In this document: positions 16,674 to 24,216 of the stretch, in pieces
Numbering within the stretch: position 1 is the first letter of the stretch
Layout: the number at the start of each line of letters is the position of its first letter
From: a virus
Taxonomy: Duplodnaviria > Caudoviricetes
Length of the DNA: 34,281 bases
Virus record (IMG/VR): IMGVR_UViG_3300035524_000037
Location: 1 to 34,281 of that record
Direction: 5' to 3' (one strand)
Position numbers and translations under genes: made by a program
The notes under the pieces: model-generated
Database searches by the model: none
What the model was told of the DNA's origin: nothing
Seen by the model: only the letters and a program-made list of their open reading frames with translations

Positions 16674-17549
16674 ATGAACACCAAATGGATCAATATTTTT
16701 CGCACCGGCACCCACACGGACAGCGCGGGCCATACCAAGACCTGGACCGACAGCGACCTGGACCGCATCGTCTCCAACTTTGCCCGGCGCACCGAAGACC
16801 CGCCCCTGGTCTTTGGGCATCCAACGTCCAGCGACCCGGCCCAGGGCTGGTTCGCGGCCCTGCGCAAGCGCGGCGAGTTTTTGCAGGCACAGTTTGCACA
16901 GCCTACGGACACGGCGCGTCGCGCCCTGGATAATGGGGACTACAAATACGGCAGTCTCAGCCTGACCCCTGATCTGCGAATCCGCCATTTTGGCCTGCTG
17001 GGAGCAGTCCCCCCGGCGGTCAAGGGGCTGGGCCGCGTGGAGTTCGGCGAGGCCGACGGCGGGCTGACCGTGGACGTGCAGATCAACCATACGGACCCGG
17101 CGCACAGCGGGGAGGAGGAACACATGGACCCCAAGGAACTGCAAGCGCAACTGGACGCGCTGAAAACCAAACTGGCCGAGCTGGAAGCACTGGCCAAGGA
17201 AGAACGCCAGGCCAAGGAACAGGCCCAGGCGGACCTGAAGGCCAAGGAGGCGGAGTTCGCCGAAGCCGAGGCCAAACGCCGCACAGCGGAACTGACCGCC
17301 CGTGTGGACCAGCTCGTGGCGGACGGCAAGCTGCTGCCCGCAAGCAAACCCCAGGTGCTGGCCTTTTGCGAGGCCATGCAGCCGGGCGAGGAGATCAGTT
17401 TCAGCGAGGGGGACGGCAAGCGGCCCCTGGTGGACCATTTTCTGGGCTTTTTGGCCGAGGCTCCGACCAACGGCCTGACCCACGAGTTCAGCGCCCCGGC
17501 TGGCGGCGGCGAAGACGCCCCCTCCGAAGACCTGACCCAGTACGTGTAA
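16674..17549 (+). CDS. head maturation protease/scaffold (Mu I-like)
   Basis: WINIFRTGTH, PLVFGHP, AQGW, YKYGSLSL, HFGLLGAVPPAVKGL; coiled-coil C-half. Confidence 0.88.
   Translation: MNTKWINIFRTGTHTDSAGHTKTWTDSDLDRIVSNFARRTEDPPLVFGHPTSSDPAQGWFAALRKRGEFLQAQFAQPTDTARRALDNGDYKYGSLSLTPDLRIRHFGLLGAVPPAVKGLGRVEFGEADGGLTVDVQINHTDPAHSGEEEHMDPKELQAQLDALKTKLAELEALAKEERQAKEQAQADLKAKEAEFAEAEAKRRTAELTARVDQLVADGKLLPASKPQVLAFCEAMQPGEEISFSEGDGKRPLVDHFLGFLAEAPTNGLTHEFSAPAGGGEDAPSEDLTQYV
17124..17549 (+). CDS. nested in-frame scaffold protein (Mu Z-like)
   Basis: Internal ATG preceded by GGAGGAGG at the start of the coiled-coil region. Confidence 0.65.
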   Translation: MDPKELQAQLDALKTKLAELEALAKEERQAKEQAQADLKAKEAEFAEAEAKRRTAELTARVDQLVADGKLLPASKPQVLAFCEAMQPGEEISFSEGDGKRPLVDHFLGFLAEAPTNGLTHEFSAPAGGGEDAPSEDLTQYV

Positions 17550-17561
17550 GGAGCAAGCATC

Positions 17562-17915
17562 ATGACTATTTCCGGCAATCGCGGCAGCGTGAGTGCAGGC
17601 GGGGAGCGCGCGCATACCGCCCACCATCCGCCCATCCTGGGCAACGCCGCTGTCAAAGGCGGCAACGGCGAATACCCCATCGGGCTGATCGTCATGGAGG
17701 ACGAAAACAGCCTGTTGGTCCCGTACGTTTCTTCGGAAACCGACACCCCGGCAGGCGTCATTGACGAGCCAGTGGATACGGCCACGGAATCCTCGGCCTT
17801 TGTATTGCGGCACGGCACGGTGCGCGCCGGTCTGCTCAAGGTCGGTCTTGCCGGGGACGCGGCAGCCGACGACGACATCAAAAAACTCGCAACCATCGGC
17901 ATTTTTGCCATCTAA
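17562..17915 (+). CDS. head decoration protein
   Basis: Position between scaffold and capsid; AAGGAG SD; YPIGLIV...AGVIDEPVDT...VLRHGTV. Confidence 0.7.
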   Translation: MTISGNRGSVSAGGERAHTAHHPPILGNAAVKGGNGEYPIGLIVMEDENSLLVPYVSSETDTPAGVIDEPVDTATESSAFVLRHGTVRAGLLKVGLAGDAAADDDIKKLATIGIFAI

Positions 17916-17927
17916 GGAGGGAGCGCC

Positions 17928-18911
17928 GTGTTTACGCAGCTCAAGGGCATTTTTTCGCCCCAGGCCGTGGCCCAGCATCTTAAGGGACTGCCGCCCATCA
18001 AAACCAGCATCATGGACGCCTGTTTTCCCGGCCGCAGCCAGATTCCCTTTGCCCTGGTGGGCATCAGCGACGTGCTCGACATCGTAGGGACCGTACCCGT
18101 GATCCGGCGCGGCGGCCTGTCCACCCCGGTGGGCGCGGGCAGCGCCAAGGTGGATATGATCGAACCCCTGCCGGTCAAGCCCAGCAAGGACATCACCGGC
18201 CAGGATCTGAACAACCTGCGCATGATCCTGGGCCAGAAGGCCAGCCTGGACGCCTGGACGCGCGACGTGATTACGCACCTGCGCGACACCTGCCGGTTCA
18301 CCACCGAGGCCATCGCGGCCACGGCGCTTACCGGCACCATCACGTGGCCCGTGCGGCTCGACGGCGGCGGCTGGGAAAACTACGTCATCGAATTCGGCGC
18401 GCCTTTTCGGGCCGACCCGGCCAAACTGCTCACGGCGGACGGCGTCAAGGTGGCGGACGTGTACACGACGCTATCGGACATGGAAACCGCGATCCAAGAC
18501 GGCGGCTACGGCGGCGAGATTGAATTCCTGGCAGGCAAGACGGCCTATGCGGCTATCTACGCCCTGGTGGAGGACTTCAAGTCCACGGCCAAGTTGCGCG
18601 TGGGCATCCAGGGCAGCGCCATCGATGTGGGCGGCTACAAGGTCCGCAAAATGTCCGAGCGGTACCGCGATCCCAAAGACGGCACCATGCATGCCAAGGT
18701 GCCGGACGGCGAAATCGTGGCCTATGCCAAGGACGCGCCCGCCAAGGTTATCTACTGCGCCCTGGACGACGTGGACGCTAGGCTCCAGCCCTATCCGTTC
18801 TTCCCCAAACCCACCCAGCTTCAGGAGGGCAACGGCTACCGCATCATCGGCCAGTCCAAGCCGCTCCCGGCGCGTTCGCCGAAGTCCATCTGCTGGGCCA
18901 CGGTGGCCTAG
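17928..18911 (+). CDS. major capsid protein
   Basis: 327 aa; PVIRRGG, TTEAIAATALTG, QSKPLP motifs of capsid E-like proteins; AAGGAGG SD. Confidence 0.88.
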   Translation: MFTQLKGIFSPQAVAQHLKGLPPIKTSIMDACFPGRSQIPFALVGISDVLDIVGTVPVIRRGGLSTPVGAGSAKVDMIEPLPVKPSKDITGQDLNNLRMILGQKASLDAWTRDVITHLRDTCRFTTEAIAATALTGTITWPVRLDGGGWENYVIEFGAPFRADPAKLLTADGVKVADVYTTLSDMETAIQDGGYGGEIEFLAGKTAYAAIYALVEDFKSTAKLRVGIQGSAIDVGGYKVRKMSERYRDPKDGTMHAKVPDGEIVAYAKDAPAKVIYCALDDVDARLQPYPFFPKPTQLQEGNGYRIIGQSKPLPARSPKSICWATVA

Positions 18912-19032
18912 CCCGAAATCCGGGGCGCAAAAACCGCCTCTGCCGCTGCAAAGCACGCGGCAGGGGCGATGCCCCGGGCCGGGCCTGTTGAACCAGTTCA
19001 AAACCAGTCCAAAACAAGCAAGAGAGGCATCC

Positions 19033-19458
19033 GTGTACTGCGAAAGAGCCGACCTGACCGATTACGTGCTGGAGGCGTACCTGACCGCTGCCGAGGAGCA
19101 GACCCCGGGCATCGTGGACAAGACCCTGGCCAACGTGGCCGCCGAGATCGACGACGCCCTGCGCGCCCGGTTCGTGCTGCCCCTGGCCACGGTTCCGGGC
19201 ACGCTGACCCGCATTACCGCGGTGCTGGCCGCGTACCGCATCGTGGGGGCCATCACCTCGGTCATGTCATCGGAAGGCGGCACGGCCAACGAGTGGATTC
19301 CGCTCCAGACCCAATACAAGCAGGCTGTGCGCGACCTGGAAGCCGTGCGCAGCGGCGCGCTGAACATCGGCCTTCAGGAGCTGGGCGAGGAGAGCCGCGT
19401 GGACGGCGAACTGGAAGTGCGCACCCGCAAACCCCTGTTCGACTTTCGGGGCTGGTAA
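19033..19458 (+). CDS. Mu gp36 / DUF1320 head-tail connector
   Basis: YCERADL...AEIDDALRARFVLPL...YKQAVRDLEAVRSG. Confidence 0.88.
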   Translation: MYCERADLTDYVLEAYLTAAEEQTPGIVDKTLANVAAEIDDALRARFVLPLATVPGTLTRITAVLAAYRIVGAITSVMSSEGGTANEWIPLQTQYKQAVRDLEAVRSGALNIGLQELGEESRVDGELEVRTRKPLFDFRGW

Positions 19459-19901
19459 TGGGCGGTACGAGCTTCAAGCTGGATTGGAACGGGCTGGACC
19501 GCATGACCGGGAACGCTGCCCATCTGGGCACGGCATCCCGGCAGGCGCTGGCCGACATCGGCGAAACCCTGGTGGCGTCCACGCTGGAGCGGTTCGAAAC
19601 GTCCACCGCGCCGGATGGGACGCCCTGGCAGCCCTCGCACCGGGCGGAAAAGGAAGACGGTAAAACCCTGGTGGATACGGGCCGCTTGCGCGGGTCCATC
19701 GGCTACGAAGTCGGCCCGGATAGCGTGTCCGTGGGCAGCAATCTGGTGTACGCGCGCATCCATCAGCTCGGCGGCAAGGCCGGGCGCGGCCACAGCGTGA
19801 CGCTTCCGCCGCGCCCCTATCTGGGTATTTCCGGGGCGGATATTCAGGAGGCCCGGGCTATTTTGGCCGGGACCATGGCCACGCTCCTGGGGGCGAAATG
19901 A
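19458..19901 (+). CDS. virion morphogenesis / tail completion protein (Mu G-like)
   Basis: RFETSTAPDGTPW, LVDTGRLRGSI, VGSNLVYARIHQLGG, PRPYLGIS. Confidence 0.9.
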   Translation: MGGTSFKLDWNGLDRMTGNAAHLGTASRQALADIGETLVASTLERFETSTAPDGTPWQPSHRAEKEDGKTLVDTGRLRGSIGYEVGPDSVSVGSNLVYARIHQLGGKAGRGHSVTLPPRPYLGISGADIQEARAILAGTMATLLGAK

Positions 19902-20431
19902 GAACCCTGGCCCTTGCCGTCCTGCGGGGTGCTGCCGTGGCCGCTGGCCTGCCCGAGGGCGCGGTCCTGCACATTCCAGCCAAGGACGGCCCGACCCTGC
20001 CTGCGCGGCGCATGGAAATTTCCTACCTGCCCGAACAGTACCAGCGCACAGGCCGCCCGGTCCGCAAGCGGGCCACGGTCGGCAAGGAGCAGACCCACCG
20101 CACCCTGACCCGCGAAAAGTACGCCGTCCGCCTGCCGGTGCGGGCCGCGATCCGCGCCGACGACGAGGCCTGGCTCCGGGCGTTTTCCCGCGCCTTTGTG
20201 CGGGCCTTGCCCAAAAACGTCGTGGACGGGGAAGGCAACACCGTGGCCGTGCGCGTGGACAAAGCCGAGTACGGCGGATTCACGGGCCGTCTGGTGGAGG
20301 TGTTCGTCAAGCGGTCCAAAACATTTCACATCACGTTCACGGGCCGGACCACGCGAGATCTGGACATTCCGCTCATCCGCGACGTGAACATCAACCCCGC
20401 CTACAGGGAGGAAAACCATGGCCAAGAGTAA
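19898..20431 (+). CDS. putative tail terminator/completion protein
   Basis: ATGA overlap; position before the sheath gene. Confidence 0.55.
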   Translation: MRTLALAVLRGAAVAAGLPEGAVLHIPAKDGPTLPARRMEISYLPEQYQRTGRPVRKRATVGKEQTHRTLTREKYAVRLPVRAAIRADDEAWLRAFSRAFVRALPKNVVDGEGNTVAVRVDKAEYGGFTGRLVEVFVKRSKTFHITFTGRTTRDLDIPLIRDVNINPAYREENHGQE

Positions 20432-20615
20432 AACCAAGCCCGACACCCCGAAGACCTGGCCCGTGGAAGCGCTGGCCGCTGACCTGCCCGCCTGGGAGCT
20501 GGCCGCCCTGCGCCGGGCCGCACGCTGGGCCGAGGGGAAGCAGGTGTCCGAGGCCGAATTCACTGCGGCCCTGGACCAACTTCGGAACCGTCCTCAGGGC
20601 GGCGGACGCCTGTAA
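20418..20615 (+). CDS. small hypothetical tail-region protein
   Basis: GGAGG SD; WAEGKQVSEAEFTAAL; fills the gap before the sheath. Confidence 0.65.
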   Translation: MAKSKTKPDTPKTWPVEALAADLPAWELAALRRAARWAEGKQVSEAEFTAALDQLRNRPQGGGRL

Positions 20616-20627
20616 GGAGGCGCGAAC

Positions 20628-22334
20628 ATGAACGATGTCATTGAATATCTCATCGACGGCAGCAGCGGGCTGGCTCCGGGCAGCGTGTCCGGTACGGCCC
20701 TTGTGGCCGGGGTCTGCTCGGCCGGGACCGTGGGCAAGGGCTACCTGCTCGGCAAAAGCAGCGACCTGAACGCGCTGCTCGGCGTCGGTCCCCTGGTGGA
20801 CCGGCTGCGGGATCTCTTTGCCACAGGCGGACAGGAGCCGGTGGTCATTGCCGTGCCCGTACCGGGCCTGCCCGGCGGATACATCGGCGCGGTCCAGCAC
20901 ACCAGCGCCGGGGCTGAACCCGGACCGGAAGCGACCGTCTCGGGCCTGGGCGCGGCCAATGCCGACGCTGTGCTGGAAATCGCCACGGCCGGACAGCTCG
21001 GCACCGCCACCTACAAGCTCAGCCTGGACGGGGGCGCGACCTGGGAAAACGCCACGGCCACCCCGGCCAATGGACAGGTCACCCTGGGCGCGTCCGGCGC
21101 CATCCTGACCCTGGCCGAGGGAACGCATGTTTCCGGTGACCGCTATGCCGTCATCGTGCGCGGTCCCATTGGTCCGGTATCGCAAGTCGGGTCCGGCCCG
21201 GCCATTGACGTGACCGGAACTGTTCTGGCCGCTGCCGAGGTGGTCCTGCGCATCACGGCGGCGGGCGGGCGCAATGTCGGCACCTATCAGCTTTCCACGG
21301 ACGGCGGCGACACCTTCGGCATGGTCCGTACCCTGCCGCTCGACGGCGCGATTCCGGTTCCGGGCGCGGGCGTTCAGCTCACCGTGCCGGACCAGGACAT
21401 GAGCCTGGGTACGGAATACGTCGTGCGTCTGGCCGCGCCAATTCCCACCATTTCCGGGGTCATGACCGCGCTGCAAACGCCTCTGGAGCTGTACGACCCC
21501 GAATTCGTTTACGTGGTCGGTCCCACCGATTCCGTGGATTGGGCGGCTTGCGGGGCCAAGGCGGACGAACTGTGGAACGCGCACCGGCCCACCTACTTCA
21601 AAACCGAATTCCGCCTGCCCCACGACGGCGAGGATCTAAGCGACTGGGCCGCCGCGTGGAAGGCCGAACGCGACGGATACAGCCACCGCTTTGTGCAAAA
21701 TGTCGTCACCTTCGGCGAGGTGGCCGAGTCCACGGGCCGCCGCGTCCGGCGCAATTGGGCCGGACTCCAGGCGGGGCGCGTGCTGTCCGTCCCGGTGCAG
21801 CGCGCCACGGGCCGCGTGCGCGACGGCGGCGTCAGCCAGGGTACCTTGCCCCGGGGCTGGGCCGATGTGCAGCCCGTGTTGGAGGCTGCCGGAGCGGTCA
21901 CGGCCAAGAACTACGCGGGCCTGACTTCGCCCTATTGGGGCGATTCCCGCACCCTGGCCGAAGCTACCAGCGACTTCCGCTATGAGGAGGTGCTGCGCAC
22001 CGTGTTCAAGGCCGTGCGCCTGGCGCGCATCGCCGCGCTCAAGGGCATGTACGACGAAGCAGGCGACCCCGTGCGCGAGGGCGGGGGCACGGGCCTGGAA
22101 GCGCTCAAGGCGGACATTGAAAACGCCCTGGACACCATGACCCGGGCCAGGCCGCGCGAACTGGCGGACCGCATCGTCACGATCCCGCCCGGCCAGGATG
22201 TCGTGAACAACGGCGTGGGAGTGGAGCTGGACCTCATTGGCATTCCCATCATCCGCAAGATCAAGCTCTTCACCCGCTACATTTACGCCGGATCCGGCTT
22301 TGACCCGCGCATGGAACAAACGGAGGGAAACTAA
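20628..22334 (+). CDS. tail sheath protein (DUF2586-like)
   Basis: 568 aa; VQRATGRVRDGG, DSRTLA..TSDFRYEE, KAVRLAR, TIPPGQD. Confidence 0.8.
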   Translation: MNDVIEYLIDGSSGLAPGSVSGTALVAGVCSAGTVGKGYLLGKSSDLNALLGVGPLVDRLRDLFATGGQEPVVIAVPVPGLPGGYIGAVQHTSAGAEPGPEATVSGLGAANADAVLEIATAGQLGTATYKLSLDGGATWENATATPANGQVTLGASGAILTLAEGTHVSGDRYAVIVRGPIGPVSQVGSGPAIDVTGTVLAAAEVVLRITAAGGRNVGTYQLSTDGGDTFGMVRTLPLDGAIPVPGAGVQLTVPDQDMSLGTEYVVRLAAPIPTISGVMTALQTPLELYDPEFVYVVGPTDSVDWAACGAKADELWNAHRPTYFKTEFRLPHDGEDLSDWAAAWKAERDGYSHRFVQNVVTFGEVAESTGRRVRRNWAGLQAGRVLSVPVQRATGRVRDGGVSQGTLPRGWADVQPVLEAAGAVTAKNYAGLTSPYWGDSRTLAEATSDFRYEEVLRTVFKAVRLARIAALKGMYDEAGDPVREGGGTGLEALKADIENALDTMTRARPRELADRIVTIPPGQDVVNNGVGVELDLIGIPIIRKIKLFTRYIYAGSGFDPRMEQTEGN

Positions 22335-22591
22335 TGCAAAAAGAAATAAACCGTACCGAGGCATCGCGCCGCGCTGTGTACCGTTTTTTGTACCAGCAAC
22401 GTGTCAGCAATCCCAAAACCTATTTTGACCGCACAGACCTTTGCGCGGTTGCGGAGGCAGACGGGCTTGAGGCCGCCTTGAGCTTTGGATTGGAAATGGG
22501 ACACCTGAACCGCTACCGCAAACAATATTACCGGCTGACGGCCCTGGGTATGCTTTTTGCCGAGGAACGCGGTTGGGTGGGGGAGGAATAA
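22334..22591 (+). CDS. small winged-helix-like hypothetical protein
   Basis: TAATG coupling, GGAGG SD; LEMGHL...YRLTALG. Confidence 0.65.
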   Translation: MQKEINRTEASRRAVYRFLYQQRVSNPKTYFDRTDLCAVAEADGLEAALSFGLEMGHLNRYRKQYYRLTALGMLFAEERGWVGEE

Positions 22592-22592
22592 A

Positions 22593-23021
22593 ATGTCCGT
22601 GAACGGCAGATTGTACGACTGGGAAAGCGTGACCATCCAATTGCCCGGCGGCGTGGCCGTGGGCGCGACCAGCATCAGCTACAACGATGAGCGCGGCGTG
22701 GAGCCGCGCCACGGCAAGGGCAGCCTGCCGCGCGGGTATGGGCGCAAAAATTACAAGGCCAGCGGCAGCATGGAGCTGGACCGGGACGAATTTCAGACGC
22801 TCCAGGAATCCCTGGGCGGCTCGGTCTACAAGGGCGACCCGTTCGTCATCGTGGTCAGCTACGGGGACGACGGCCTGCCCACGGTCACGGATACCCTGCC
22901 CCAGGTCAAGATTACCAAGCAGGATTCCGGCGCAAGCCAGGACGACGACAACGCCGGGAGCGTCAAGCTCGACCTCACCTGTCTGGCCCCCATCAAATGG
23001 AACGGGCGGCCCGCATTGTAG
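22593..23021 (+). CDS. tail tube protein
   Basis: VNGRLYDWESV...ISYND...PRGYGRKNYKASGSMEL; follows the sheath. Confidence 0.82.
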   Translation: MSVNGRLYDWESVTIQLPGGVAVGATSISYNDERGVEPRHGKGSLPRGYGRKNYKASGSMELDRDEFQTLQESLGGSVYKGDPFVIVVSYGDDGLPTVTDTLPQVKITKQDSGASQDDDNAGSVKLDLTCLAPIKWNGRPAL

Positions 23022-23084
23022 CGGATTGCAGCGGTCTGTTCACCCAACATGAGAAACCGATCAGCCTCAAAAGGAAAAAAGATC

Positions 23085-23390
23085 ATGAGCGAAAAAAATG
23101 CAGACGCATATGTGGAACTGAAACATAGCTTTCTGGACCGCTTCACCAATGGCGGCACGGACGTGGAACTGGCCTTCCGGTTCAAGCGGCCGAACACGCC
23201 CCAGGCCAGCCGCGTGCAAAAAACCGCGCTGAAGAACGCGGGGCAGGCCTTCCGCAACCTGATTTTGGAGACCGTACACCCGGACGACAAGGCCGCGCTG
23301 CAAAGCGCCCTGGACGAATATCCCGGACTGGCCTCGACGTTCGGCGGCGCGCTCATGGGTTCGTGCGGGTTCGGTGACCTGGGAAACTGA
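23085..23390 (+). CDS. tail assembly chaperone (G-like)
   Basis: Position between tube and tape measure; ends in slippery G GGA AAC TGA. Confidence 0.8.
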   Translation: MSEKNADAYVELKHSFLDRFTNGGTDVELAFRFKRPNTPQASRVQKTALKNAGQAFRNLILETVHPDDKAALQSALDEYPGLASTFGGALMGSCGFGDLGN

Positions 23391-23557
23391 TCCAGCGCAG
23401 CCTGCAGGAACTCGAAGGGGACGGCCTGGGGCAGTACGCGGCGCTGATCCGCCACTGGCTGCACCAGGAACCGTCCCCTTGCGTTGAGGAGTTCGCCCGG
23501 CAGGCTGCGCAGGCGTTGTGGTTGGAGAAGAGAGGTCACATCTCAAATAAAATCTAA
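23381..23557 (+). CDS. -1 frameshift extension of the tail chaperone (GT-like)
   Basis: -1 frame open without its own ATG: KLIQRSLQELEGDGLGQYAALIRHWLHQEPSPCVEEFARQAAQALWLEKRGHISNKI. Confidence 0.75.
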   Translation, partial: GKLIQRSLQELEGDGLGQYAALIRHWLHQEPSPCVEEFARQAAQALWLEKRGHISNKI

Positions 23558-23576
23558 GCAAGACATGGCTTCTTGC
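23545..23576 (-). terminator. probable terminator of the antisense moron
   Basis: GCAAGA/TCTTGC stem followed on the minus strand by TTAGATTTTATTT. Confidence 0.4.
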
Positions 23577-23600
23577 CAATGTGTCATAAATACTAAAGTA

Positions 23601-24101
23601 TTATAAGTGGTACTTTTGCCTTATGTGTTTTCTATAATCTGCGTATGCCGATTTAAAAGAGTTGCTCAATCGTTCGTTTTTTGGATGAATCTCAGTGTGA
23701 AATCGTTTTGATTCATTCACAAAATCTCTTTCAGGTGGAGGACTATCCATATTTTTGTATAACACGGTTTGCTTGCTTGAATCTCCGAACTTTGGAAGTC
23801 CTTCAGCAGCATAGAACATAAAGAGCTTATTGGCGGCACTACAAAATTCCAGCAGCAGACTATTTATTTTTTTGTCGAAAAACTGGTTTCCCTCTTTTCT
23901 TGATTCCTCCATCATCTCTCTAATCTTGTACCGCTCTTCGCCAAGCCAGTATGCTCCTGTCGTTGAGTCGTATGCTTTCTCAATACAAGATTCGCTCGCG
24001 ATTGCGTCCAACAGTTTGAATACAGCAACATCATGCTCTTTTTTGGATTTTCTTCTGTCGAGAAAAAACTCCAGCATACGTGCAAACGTCTTATCCAGCA
24101 T
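23601..24101 (-). CDS. AT-rich antisense moron, hypothetical protein
   Basis: 166 aa ORF, markedly AT-rich, between chaperone and tape measure. Confidence 0.75.
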   Translation of the reverse strand: MLDKTFARMLEFFLDRRKSKKEHDVAVFKLLDAIASESCIEKAYDSTTGAYWLGEERYKIREMMEESRKEGNQFFDKKINSLLLEFCSAANKLFMFYAAEGLPKFGDSSKQTVLYKNMDSPPPERDFVNESKRFHTEIHPKNERLSNSFKSAYADYRKHIRQKYHL

Positions 24102-24216
24102 AGAAATACCCTATATCTAGTATGTTAATTTATACACTGCCCTAACATGCTGTAATTATCAAGCACCCCTCGCACAGTTTCCCGACAATCCCCTCCCGCG
24201 CGGCTAATCTGGCCGC

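Noticed and set aside
14182-18278. Long antisense ORFs over portal, MuF, protease and capsid
   Set aside because: Shadow ORFs caused by codon bias
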